Source: Aeropyrum pernix K1
Lineage (GTDB): Archaea; Thermoproteota; Thermoprotei_A; Sulfolobales; Acidilobaceae
Reading direction: 5' to 3'
DNA: 32,000 bases
Assembly (NCBI RefSeq): GCF_000011125.1
Contig: NC_000854.2
Span: 360,001 to 392,000 of the forward strand
Made by a program: the position numbers and the translations under genes. Under the pieces are notes generated by a model. That model was given only the letters and a program-made list of their open reading frames with translations, searched no databases and was not told the DNA's origin. Shown piece by piece: positions 8,796-16,792 of this stretch; position 1 is the first letter of the stretch; every line of letters begins with the position of its first letter.

Positions 8796-9144
8796 GCAGG
8801 TAAAGCAGCCTCCTTTTTGCAGTCATGTTAACACAAGCAACTACAAGATAGCCCCAGTCGCATTAGGTCGCAAAGGATAGACAGTATAACATATCTACGT
8901 TGAACCGCCAAACCACTTACCTCCAGGATCACAGGCATATCGAACTGCCAATAAGGGGAAGGAACCCCCACACCCATACTCCTTCACCTCATGCCAAACA
9001 CCCCTGACGACCGATTCAAAAACCACTTTCCTCTTTTACGGCGCCCTAGCGCTATGGCGGTGAAGACTGCTTGACATTAACATGCCTGTTGAGGCTAGAG
9101 AATCCATGCGAAGGCGGTTCGGAAACTGCTTCGAAGGCGTGGGG

Positions 9145-9232
9145 TGGTGCGGGGGGTGGGATTTGAACCCACGCAGGCCTACGCCATCGGGTCCTAAGCC
9201 CGACCCCTTTGGCCAGGCTCGGGCACCCCCGC
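9145..9232 (-). tRNA. tRNA-Leu (anticodon UAG), CCA encoded
   Basis: Reverse complement GCGGGGGTGCCCGAGCCTGGCCAAAGGGGTCGGGCTTAGGACCCGATGGCGTAGGCCTGCGTGGGTTCAAATCCCACCCCCCGCACCA. Acceptor GCGGGGG/CCCCCGC, anticodon stem TCGGG/CCCGA with loop CTTAGGA, variable arm, T-arm GTGGG/CCCAC. Confidence 0.96.
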
Positions 9233-9557
9233 ACCGTGTAGTCTTTAGGTTTAGCTTTCAGGGTTAAAACGGTTTAACACTCATGAGTATCACTGGGCTG
9301 GCTGTGACTGGGCTCTGCATTCCCGAGGCCATGCTGCCCGTGAGGAATAACGGGTCTGAGGAGCCGTTGACAGGTTGCCATTTGGCCTTGCCCCCAAAAG
9401 TGATGCTGTGGATCACGACCTCCTCGGAGGAGGGGAGCCTCAGCATACACTTTATAATGAAGGCTTTAAGGGTTTAGCCGGATAATGTTGTTGGGGCGTG
9501 CAGCGGCAAGTGCTGCAGCTCATGGGTATGGTATGCGGCTTTGCCTGGTGATGCGGT

Positions 9558-10574
9558 TTGGCCCCCGTTGTCTGCGACGTCTGCGGTGTTAGGAGGGCTG
9601 TGGTGCTGCAGCGCCACACGGGAAGGCGGCTCTGCAGGGAGTGCTTTAGGGAGGATATAGTGGGGAGGGTCAGGAGGGAGGTTGAGAGGTGGGGGATGAT
9701 AGGCCCTGGGGAGACGGTCCTCCTAGGCCTGAGCGGCGGTAAGGACAGCTATGTCCTGCTGGACGCCCTCTCCGAGATAGTCGGGCCCTCGAGGCTGGTG
9801 GCGGTGTCTATAGTGGAGGGCATACCGGGGTACAACAGGGAGGGAGATATCGAGAAGATCAGGAGGGTGGCCGCGGCTAGGGGCGTCGACGTGATAGTGA
9901 CGAGCATAAGGGAGTACGTGGGGGCCAGCCTCTATGAGATATACTCCAGGGCCCGAGGGAGGGGGGCGGGCCACGCCGCCTGCACCTACTGCGGCATAAG
10001 CAGGAGGAGGATACTTGCCCTCTACGCCCGCCTCTACGGCGCCCACAAGGTCGCTACGGCCCACAACCTCGACGACGAGGCGCAGACAGCTATAGTGAAC
10101 TTCCTCAGGGGGGACTGGGTTGGCATGCTGAAAACACACCCCCTCTACAGGAGCGGGGGCGAGGACCTGGTTCCAAGGATAAAGCCTCTTAGGAAAGTCT
10201 ACGAGTGGGAGACGGCCAGCTACGTGGTACTCCACCGCTACCCCATCCAGGAGGCTGAATGCCCCTTCATAAACATGAACCCAACCCTCAGGGCGAGGGT
10301 GAGGACGGCCCTGAGGGTGCTAGAGGAGAGGAGCCCGGGCACCCTGCTCAGGATGATGGAGAGGCTCGACGAGGAGCTGAGGCCGCTGGCCCAGGCCATG
10401 AAGCCCTCCTCCCTAGGCAGGTGCGAGAGATGCGGGGAGCCGACCAGCCCGAAGAGGAGGCTCTGCAAGCTCTGCGAGCTCCTGGAGGAGGCCGGGTTCC
10501 AGGAGCCCATCTACGCGATCGCAGGGAGAGGCAAGAGATTAAGGCTTCAGAGCCCCACCGCTAGCCCTGGGTGA
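9558..10574 (+). CDS. ttuA: tRNA 2-thiouridine synthetase, TtuA/Ncs6 (PP-loop ATPase with zinc fingers)
   Basis: 338 aa. CDVCGVRRAVVLQRHTGRRLCREC, PP-loop LLGLSGGKDSYVLLD, AACTYCGISRRR, ECPFINMNP, C-terminal CERCGEPTSPKRRLCKLC. TTG start. Confidence 0.92.
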   Translation: MAPVVCDVCGVRRAVVLQRHTGRRLCRECFREDIVGRVRREVERWGMIGPGETVLLGLSGGKDSYVLLDALSEIVGPSRLVAVSIVEGIPGYNREGDIEKIRRVAAARGVDVIVTSIREYVGASLYEIYSRARGRGAGHAACTYCGISRRRILALYARLYGAHKVATAHNLDDEAQTAIVNFLRGDWVGMLKTHPLYRSGGEDLVPRIKPLRKVYEWETASYVVLHRYPIQEAECPFINMNPTLRARVRTALRVLEERSPGTLLRMMERLDEELRPLAQAMKPSSLGRCERCGEPTSPKRRLCKLCELLEEAGFQEPIYAIAGRGKRLRLQSPTASPG

Positions 10575-10581
10575 ACGCGCT

Positions 10582-10857
10582 ATGGCAAAGCCAAAGGTTA
10601 GCCTGCCGGAGGATGTGGAGCCCCCCAAGGCTATAGTCAAGAAGCCTAGGCTAGTGAAGCTAGGCCCCGTAGACCCGGGGGTCAGGAGGGGAAGGGGGTT
10701 CAGCCTAGGCGAGCTCGCGGAGGCTGGGCTAGACGCTAAAAAGGCGAGGAAGCTTGGCCTGCACGTGGACACGAGGAGGAGGACGGTCCACCCGTGGAAC
10801 GTGGAGGCCCTCAAGAAGTATATAGAGAGGCTTAGAGAGGCGGGCGTAGAGGTCTAG
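10582..10857 (+). CDS. rpl13e: Ribosomal protein L13e (crenarchaeal)
   Basis: 91 aa. RRGRGFSLGELAEAGLDAKKARKLGLHVDTRRRTVHPWNVEALKKYI. Confidence 0.88.
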   Translation: MAKPKVSLPEDVEPPKAIVKKPRLVKLGPVDPGVRRGRGFSLGELAEAGLDAKKARKLGLHVDTRRRTVHPWNVEALKKYIERLREAGVEV

Positions 10858-10873
10858 ACCCCGGGGCTATATA

Positions 10874-12043
10874 CTACCACTTCGCCCTCCCCATTATACT
10901 ATCCACATCCACCCTGGCCCTCCCCACCTCCAGGACCTCAATATCCCCCTCAGCCCTGGTGTACACGCTCAAAGACGGCTCCCTGTAGGAGGCCCTGGTC
11001 ACCACCCCCACGTGAATCACCCCTCCCGCGTGTACGGCGGCTATAAGCCCCCTCTCCCAGCCCTCCCGGAGGACGCGGAGCCCGGAGCCTACTCCGACCC
11101 TACCGCCCCTCCTCGCCACAACCACTATGTCCCCGTCAACACTCTCACCATAGAGGGCGGCTGGGTGTAGGGCCTTGAGGGCCTCGTGGGCCAGAGGCTC
11201 CCCCCGGAATATCGGCGCGCCAACTATCTCGGCCTCGCCGGGCCTGACCCTCCTCTCCCTCCCTCCCGAGGTCCTAAGGGCTATCAGCCTCTCCCTATGA
11301 AGAGCCCTCTCCCCCCGGCTCTTGCCCGCCTCTCCAGCCAGCCTCTCCACAGACAGAGTGTCAAGCCCCCACACCCTCTCGAGCAGCCTGGCCCGTCGGC
11401 TGGCTATGCCCACCGCGACTACAAGCCTTGCTCTAGAGGCTATGGCGAGGGCTGCCTTAGACTCGAGCCCCTCCCACAGTGATATCCAGCCATCTGTATC
11501 CACTACCACCTGGCTGGCCAGTGAGGCCAATCTAGATGCGCAGGCGAGGTAGCGGGACTCCGACCCCCGGGGGGTGAAGCCGCCGACGAAACACGGCTCG
11601 ACACTCGAGAACGAGTCGTCTAGGCCCGGGACGGCCACGCCCTGTGGAGACGCCAGCGCCATAAACCCCGGGGCGAAGACCTCGTTCTGGCCTATATCCG
11701 CCGACAGCAGTCTATACCCACCACCGCCCCTGTTAACTATCCAAGCCGCTAGTGTGCTCTTACCGGAGTCGCTCGGCCCCACAATAGCCACCCTGCCCCG
11801 CTGAGAGGCCTCCCTGGCTATGGAGTCGAACCTGTTGTAAGCCTCCTCCACGCCCCCTGTGGAGACTACACCGGACACAATAGCCCTCCCCTCAACCCTG
11901 GCGAGCACCGACCTGCCTGCAGGGACCACTAGAGTAGAGCCCTCCCCCAGCCTTCCACCCAAAACCTCTGCAGCACCCTCTACAACCTCTATCCTCCCCG
12001 GGCCGCGGACTAGCGCCGAGCCCCATGCAATCTCCACAGGCAA
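10874..12043 (-). CDS. Polynucleotide 5'-hydroxyl kinase, Clp1/Grc3 family
   Basis: 389 aa. Walker A VAIVGPSDSGKSTLAAWIVN followed by LLSADIGQNEVFAPGFMAL and VVVDTDGWI. TTG or GTG start. Confidence 0.85.
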   Translation of the reverse strand: MPVEIAWGSALVRGPGRIEVVEGAAEVLGGRLGEGSTLVVPAGRSVLARVEGRAIVSGVVSTGGVEEAYNRFDSIAREASQRGRVAIVGPSDSGKSTLAAWIVNRGGGGYRLLSADIGQNEVFAPGFMALASPQGVAVPGLDDSFSSVEPCFVGGFTPRGSESRYLACASRLASLASQVVVDTDGWISLWEGLESKAALAIASRARLVVAVGIASRRARLLERVWGLDTLSVERLAGEAGKSRGERALHRERLIALRTSGGRERRVRPGEAEIVGAPIFRGEPLAHEALKALHPAALYGESVDGDIVVVARRGGRVGVGSGLRVLREGWERGLIAAVHAGGVIHVGVVTRASYREPSLSVYTRAEGDIEVLEVGRARVDVDSIMGRAKW

Positions 12044-12079
12044 AGCTTTAAACCCCCAGTGGTAAGATATGTGAACCGG

Positions 12080-12278
12080 GCCGCGGTAGTATAGCCTGGA
12101 CTAGTATGCGGGCCTGTCAAGGGCCCCGCCTCCGCCCCACCCTCATTCTACTACACGCTTATCAGGATAAACAGCCGGGCAAACGTTTTTAACCCCGCCG
12201 AAATTCATACTCTTCCCGGGGCGGAGGCGGGCCTGCGGAGAGCCCGTGACCCGGGTTCAAATCCCGGCCGCGGCGCCA
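12080..12278 (+). tRNA. tRNA-Asp (anticodon GUC), interrupted by a 121-nt intron at position 37/38
   Basis: 5' half GCCGCGGTAGTATAGCCTGGACTAGTATGCGGGCCTGTCA (12080-12119). 3' half AGCCCGTGACCCGGGTTCAAATCCCGGCCGCGGCGCCA (12241-12278). Acceptor GCCGCGG/CCGCGGC, anticodon stem CGGGC/GCCCG, T-arm CCGGG/CCCGG, encoded CCA. Confidence 0.93.
12120..12240 (+). other. tRNA-Asp intron with bulge-helix-bulge splice motif
   Basis: Central 4-bp helix 12114-12117 (CTGT) with 12235-12238 (GCGG). 3-nt bulges CA|A and AG|A. Intron helix 12121-12138 pairs with 12234-12218, with one bulged C. Confidence 0.85.
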
Positions 12279-12319
12279 ATAATCCTCGCGGCCCGCCTTC
12301 AAGACTCACTAAACCCCGG

Positions 12320-12760
12320 TTGAGCACCCGCAGCATCGATGCTAAGGCTCGAGCCATGCATAGTGCCCGCGGGGGGTGGGGGGATTTGGCGAGGCCTGTT
12401 GAGGCGGTAAAGAGGCTGCTGGAGAGGTGGCTGGAGGGTAGGAGGAGGGGTTATGTCCTTACGCTTGTAGCTCTTAGAAGGCTTGAGGAGAGGGGGGAGG
12501 AGGCTACTGTAGAGAGGGTTAGGGAGGAGGGCCTGAGGATTCTGGAGAGGACGGAGGGGAGGATAGACTGGGGTGTTACTAGGGATGAGTACACTGTCAA
12601 CATGGTCTCCAGCGTTCTTCGCGAGCTGGCCGAGAGCGGCCTTGTCGAGATGGTGGACGGCGGGAGGAGTATCGTCAGGTACAGGATAGCGAGGGATGCT
12701 GAGGAGGAGTTCCTCTCCAGCTTCGGCCACCTCCTGCAGCTTGTGAGGATGCCGAAGTAG
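12320..12760 (+). CDS. Hypothetical protein with predicted winged-helix-like C-terminus
   Basis: 146 aa. TVNMVSSVLRELAESGLVEMVDGGRSIVRYRI resembles a wHTH wing. Start codon uncertain. Confidence 0.6.
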   Translation: MSTRSIDAKARAMHSARGGWGDLARPVEAVKRLLERWLEGRRRGYVLTLVALRRLEERGEEATVERVREEGLRILERTEGRIDWGVTRDEYTVNMVSSVLRELAESGLVEMVDGGRSIVRYRIARDAEEEFLSSFGHLLQLVRMPK

Positions 12761-12805
12761 CGTTAAAGCCCTAGGTGCCAGAGGCCGCCGGAGGCTAAGA
12801 GGCCG

Positions 12806-13963
12806 ATGAAGGCCTTGAGAGGCTCTGCCGCCAAGCTATCCCTATCCCTGCTGCTCTTTTGGGCTAGCTACTCGATCTACTACACTATAACGAGGCGTGC
12901 TGTAGAGGAGGGCCTAGGAGAGGGATCCTACCTCCTGGGCGTCTTGATGTCGGGGGCTGAGGAGGCGCCGCTCGCGGCGTCAATAGTCCTTGGCTACCTG
13001 GCGGACAGGCTAGGCTACCGCTTACCCCTGGCCCTGGGCCTGTTTGAGGCTGGGCTGGTCGCTGCAATGGCCTTCACCCCCCTAGAGACCTACCCCATAC
13101 TGGCTGGGGCTGCGTCGCTAGTCTACGCCCTCTCATACTCCGCCCTAATGGGCCTCGTCCTGGGTGAGAGCGGGGGGAGCGGCTTCAGGTACAGTGTTAT
13201 AGCAGCCTTCGGCAGCCTTGGCTGGGCTCTCGGCGGGTTGGCGGGGGGAGCGGCTTACTCCCGCCTGGGGTCACTGGGGCTCCTAGTGGCCGCAGCCCTC
13301 ATGGCCGCCTCATACCTAGTCGCCCTCTCAGCCTCGCCCCCCCGCGGCGGCGCGGCGCCCAGTGTGGGGGAGACGATAACCGCTCTGAAGGGGGTTCTGC
13401 CCCTATTTGCAAGCCTCTCAACCAGCTGGGCGGCCTTGGGCTTCTTCTTCGGGGCTGCCAGCATAAGGCTTAGCGAGGCGCTCGAGAGCCCTATCGCCTA
13501 CGGGCTAGTGCTGACCACCGTCCCCGCACTCCTAGGCTTCCTGGCGAGGCCTGCGGCGGGCAGGCTGGTCGACAAGGCCGGGGCTGTGGCAGTGCTTGCG
13601 TTGTCCAACGCGGCATACTCCCTTCTCGCCCTAGTTTTCGGCCTGCCCACCAGTCCGGCCCTGCTGGCCCTTGCATGGAGCCTGCCCCTATACCCCTTTA
13701 GGGATGCCGCCGCGGCCATCGCAGTTAGCAGCAGGCTTGAGAGGAGGCTGCAGGCGACGGCCGCGGGGCTGCTCTCAGCGAGCGAGAGCGTCGGCGGCGC
13801 TGCAACCCTTGCCCTGGCACTGCTCCTGGATGGGGGGTTTAGGGAGATGATGACGGCTTCAATAGCCCTTATGCTCCTCTCCACCCTACTCCTGGCCGCA
13901 GACCACTCTACGGCTCCACGCCGAGAGCCCTGTCCCCGGCGTCGCCAAGGCCCGGCACTATGA
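12806..13963 (+). CDS. Major facilitator superfamily transporter
   Basis: 385 aa with ~12 hydrophobic segments. ASIVLGYLADRLGYRLPLALGLFEAG resembles the MFS loop 2-3 motif. Confidence 0.85.
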   Translation: MKALRGSAAKLSLSLLLFWASYSIYYTITRRAVEEGLGEGSYLLGVLMSGAEEAPLAASIVLGYLADRLGYRLPLALGLFEAGLVAAMAFTPLETYPILAGAASLVYALSYSALMGLVLGESGGSGFRYSVIAAFGSLGWALGGLAGGAAYSRLGSLGLLVAAALMAASYLVALSASPPRGGAAPSVGETITALKGVLPLFASLSTSWAALGFFFGAASIRLSEALESPIAYGLVLTTVPALLGFLARPAAGRLVDKAGAVAVLALSNAAYSLLALVFGLPTSPALLALAWSLPLYPFRDAAAAIAVSSRLERRLQATAAGLLSASESVGGAATLALALLLDGGFREMMTASIALMLLSTLLLAADHSTAPRREPCPRRRQGPAL

Positions 13964-14615
13964 AGTAGTTCTCGTCCAGCTCGGGGTCTAGGGCTAGCGT
14001 GTATATGGGGGTGTCGCCGTAGAGGGATGATATGTACTCGACGCCCTGCCTGGACGCTATTATAGAGCCTATAACGACCTTGCTGGCCCCCCTGTCTCTG
14101 GCCAGCCTCACGGCCTCCGCCACAGTCTTGCCCGTGGCCAGCATCGGGTCTAGAACGACGGCGGGGCCGTCGAACATGCGGGGTAGCCTGGAGTAGTAGA
14201 CCTCTATCTTGAGCCTGCCCGGCTCCTCGACCCTCCTGGCTGCTACGAGGGCTATCCTCGCCTCCGGCATCATCGAGGCGAAACCCTCTACCATGGGGAG
14301 GCTAGCCCCGAGTATCCCTACGAGGTAGACGGGCCCCGCTGGCGCCAGCTCCTTGGCCTTAGCCCCCAGGGGGGTCTCCACCTCCTCCTCCACCCACCCG
14401 AGCTCGCCCGCAATGTACACCGCCAGTATGGAGCCCGCTATCCTGACGTACCTCCTAAACTCCGGGAACCCGGTTGTCCGGTCCCTGAGAACCTTGAGGA
14501 CGTAGCGCGCTAGGGGTGTTTCGCCCCCAATAACCCTAACTGCCGCCACCATGGGAACCTCTAGGTAGTGGTTGAGGCTCCGGAGCTTAAGAGGGTTAAA
14601 CTCCAGGATGGCCAC
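13908..14615 (-). CDS. upp: Uracil phosphoribosyltransferase (true start probably ATG at 14552)
   Basis: PRPP-binding VVLDPMLATGKTVAEAVRLA, GSIIASRQGVEYI, YTLALDPELDENYFIVPGLGDAGDR. Homologues normally start near VRVIGGETPLARYVLKVLRD. Confidence 0.93.
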   Translation of the reverse strand: MAILEFNPLKLRSLNHYLEVPMVAAVRVIGGETPLARYVLKVLRDRTTGFPEFRRYVRIAGSILAVYIAGELGWVEEEVETPLGAKAKELAPAGPVYLVGILGASLPMVEGFASMMPEARIALVAARRVEEPGRLKIEVYYSRLPRMFDGPAVVLDPMLATGKTVAEAVRLARDRGASKVVIGSIIASRQGVEYISSLYGDTPIYTLALDPELDENYFIVPGLGDAGDRALGVEP

Positions 14616-14632
14616 CTGGGTGCCGCCGGGGA

Positions 14633-15946
14633 TTGGACAGTAGGGTTCTAGAGTCCGCGTTGAGAGCCCTATCCCGCTACCCCCTCTGCGACCGCTGCCT
14701 CGGCAGGCTCTTCGCTAGGCTTGGGAGAGGCTGGAGCAATAGGGAGCGGGGAGAGGCTGTCAAGAGGGTTCTGGTGATGGAGCTTCACAGGAGGGTCCTC
14801 GAGGGGGATGAGGCGGCGTTGAAAACCCTGGTCTCTGCAGCTCCGAACATAGGGGAGGTGGCAAGGGATGTCGTGGAGCACCTCTCCCCAGGTTCCTACA
14901 GGGAGGGCGGCCCATGCGCTGTCTGCGGCGGGCGGCTGGAGAGTGTTATAGCCTCAGCGGTGGAGGAGGGGTACAGGCTGCTAAGGGCTTACGATATCGA
15001 GAGGTTCGTAGTCGGGGTCCGGCTAGAGAGAGGTGTTGCCATGGCTGAGGAGGAGGTAAAGCTGGCCGCCGGCGCCGGGTACGGCGAGTCCATTAAGGCT
15101 GAGATCAGGAGGGAGGTGGGCAAGCTCCTGGTGAGCCGGGGTGGAGTGACCGTGGACTTCGACAGCCCTGAAGCGACCCTAATGGTGGAGTTCCCCGGGG
15201 GCGGGGTTGACATACAGGTCAACAGCCTGCTCTACAAGGCTAGGTACTGGAAGCTTGCCAGGAACATAAGCCAGGCATACTGGCCCACGCCAGAGGGGCC
15301 GAGGTACTTCAGCGTGGAGCAGGCTCTATGGCCGGTTCTAAAGCTCACTGGGGGGGAGAGGCTGGTTGTACACGCTGCTGGCAGGGAGGATGTAGACGCC
15401 AGGATGCTGGGCAGCGGGAGGCCCATGATAGTCGAGGTCAAGTCGCCTAGGCGCAGGAGGATCCCGCTTGAGGAGCTGGAGGCGGCCGCCAACGCCGGCG
15501 GGAAGGGGCTGGTTAGGTTCAGGTTCGAGACGGCTGCCAAGCGTGCCGAGGTCGCGCTTTACAAGGAGGAGACTGCGAGGGTTAGGAAGGTGTACCGCGC
15601 CCTGGTAGCGGTGGAGGGTGGTGTTAGTGAGGTGGATGTTGAAGGGTTGAGGAGGGCTCTCGAGGGCGCGGTTATAATGCAGAGGACGCCCTCCAGGGTC
15701 CTCCATAGGAGGCCGGATATACTGAGGAGGCGGAGGCTCTACAGCCTAGACTGCAGCCCCCTGGAGGGGGCGCCTCTGATGGAGTGCATATTGGAGGCGG
15801 AAGGGGGTCTCTACATCAAGGAGCTGGTCAGCGGTGATGGCGGGAGAACCAGGCCAAGCTTCGCTGAGGTCCTCGGCAGGGAGGCTGTGTGTATAGAGCT
15901 CGACGTGGTGTGGGTGGAGCATGAAGCTCCAGCCGCACCCGGCTAA
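14633..15946 (+). CDS. pus10: tRNA pseudouridine synthase Pus10
   Basis: 437 aa. N-terminal CxxC pairs LCDRCLGR and CAVCGGRL, plus GREDVDARMLGSGRPMIVEVKSPRRR and ELVSGDGGRTRPSFAEVLG typical of archaeal Pus10. Confidence 0.92.
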   Translation: MDSRVLESALRALSRYPLCDRCLGRLFARLGRGWSNRERGEAVKRVLVMELHRRVLEGDEAALKTLVSAAPNIGEVARDVVEHLSPGSYREGGPCAVCGGRLESVIASAVEEGYRLLRAYDIERFVVGVRLERGVAMAEEEVKLAAGAGYGESIKAEIRREVGKLLVSRGGVTVDFDSPEATLMVEFPGGGVDIQVNSLLYKARYWKLARNISQAYWPTPEGPRYFSVEQALWPVLKLTGGERLVVHAAGREDVDARMLGSGRPMIVEVKSPRRRRIPLEELEAAANAGGKGLVRFRFETAAKRAEVALYKEETARVRKVYRALVAVEGGVSEVDVEGLRRALEGAVIMQRTPSRVLHRRPDILRRRRLYSLDCSPLEGAPLMECILEAEGGLYIKELVSGDGGRTRPSFAEVLGREAVCIELDVVWVEHEAPAAPG

Positions 15947-15991
15947 AGCTAAATTAAGCTGGGCTGAGCAAAATACCGGGGGGAGCGTAGG

Positions 15992-16315
15992 TTGGTCAAG
16001 GCACCTAGAGGCTATAGGAACAGGACTAGGAGGCTGTTGAGGAAGCCTGTGAGGGAGAAGGGCAGCATACCCAGGCTCAGCACCTACCTTAGGGAGTACA
16101 GGGTGGGCGATAAGGTGGCTATAATCATAAACCCCTCCTTCCCAGACTGGGGCATGCCCCACAGGAGGTTCCACGGGCTGACGGGAACCGTGGTGGGGAA
16201 GAGGGGCGAGGCCTACGAGGTAGAGGTCTATCTGGGTAGGAAGAGGAAGACCCTCTTCGTCCCCCCCGTGCACCTCAAACCCCTCAGCACAGCCGCCGAG
16301 AGGCGGGGCAGCTAG
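15992..16315 (+). CDS. rpl21e: 50S ribosomal protein L21e
   Basis: 107 aa. VKAPRGYRNRTRRLLRKPVREKGSIPRLSTYLREYRVGDKVAIIINPSF...GMPHRRFHGLTGTV. TTG start. Confidence 0.95.
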   Translation: MVKAPRGYRNRTRRLLRKPVREKGSIPRLSTYLREYRVGDKVAIIINPSFPDWGMPHRRFHGLTGTVVGKRGEAYEVEVYLGRKRKTLFVPPVHLKPLSTAAERRGS

Positions 16316-16348
16316 AGCTGTCCCCACGGTTCCACGCTGGAGTAGGGG

Positions 16349-16699
16349 GTGCTAGTGTTGGAGAGGAGGATCCTAGAGTATAAGGCGGTGCCCTACCAGG
16401 TAGCCAAGAAGTATATGTACGAGAGGGTTAGGGAGGGCGACATAATATCGATACAGGAGTCGACTTGGGAGTACTTCAGGAAGGTAGTGTTCTGGGACGA
16501 CCCGGAGGCTGCCTCCGAGCTTGTTGAGGAGATTGTGAAGGAGGGTGTCAGCCGTGAGGCCGCGGCGAACATCGCGAGCATATGCCCCAAGACCGAGGGC
16601 GAGCTCAGGAGCATTCTCGAGATGGACAGGAGCATAACCTCCGTACACGAGATGGCTAGCAAACTGTACCCCATAGTTTCCAAATACTGCAAGGACTAG
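16349..16699 (+). CDS. rpoF: DNA-directed RNA polymerase subunit F (Rpo4/Rpb4)
   Basis: 116 aa. REAAANIASICPKTEGELRSILEMDRSITSVHEMASKLYPIVSKYCK, conserved position after L21e. Confidence 0.88.
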   Translation: MLVLERRILEYKAVPYQVAKKYMYERVREGDIISIQESTWEYFRKVVFWDDPEAASELVEEIVKEGVSREAAANIASICPKTEGELRSILEMDRSITSVHEMASKLYPIVSKYCKD

Positions 16700-16792
16700 A
16701 CCCCGCCCCCCTTCAGCCCGGGGATTAACAGTTTAATCTCCGCGTCCCAACCATATTTATGTTGATAGCGGCTGTACGGAGAGTGTTGAGAA

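Noticed and set aside
9052-9267. ORFs 9052..9234 (-) and 9082..9267 (+)
   Set aside because: Both run through the tRNA-Leu gene (the peptides contain translated tRNA such as AWVQIPPPAPP and WDLNPRRPTPSG), a common annotation artefact.
12120-12240. C/D box guide RNA within the tRNA-Asp intron (as in haloarchaeal tRNA-Trp)
   Set aside because: No RUGAUGA C box and no CUGA D box were found in the intron.
12299-12730. ORF of 143 aa on the minus strand opposite the wHTH gene
   Set aside because: Shadow ORF in high-GC DNA. The protein is proline/leucine rich with low complexity, and the + strand frame has a plausible helical/wHTH composition.
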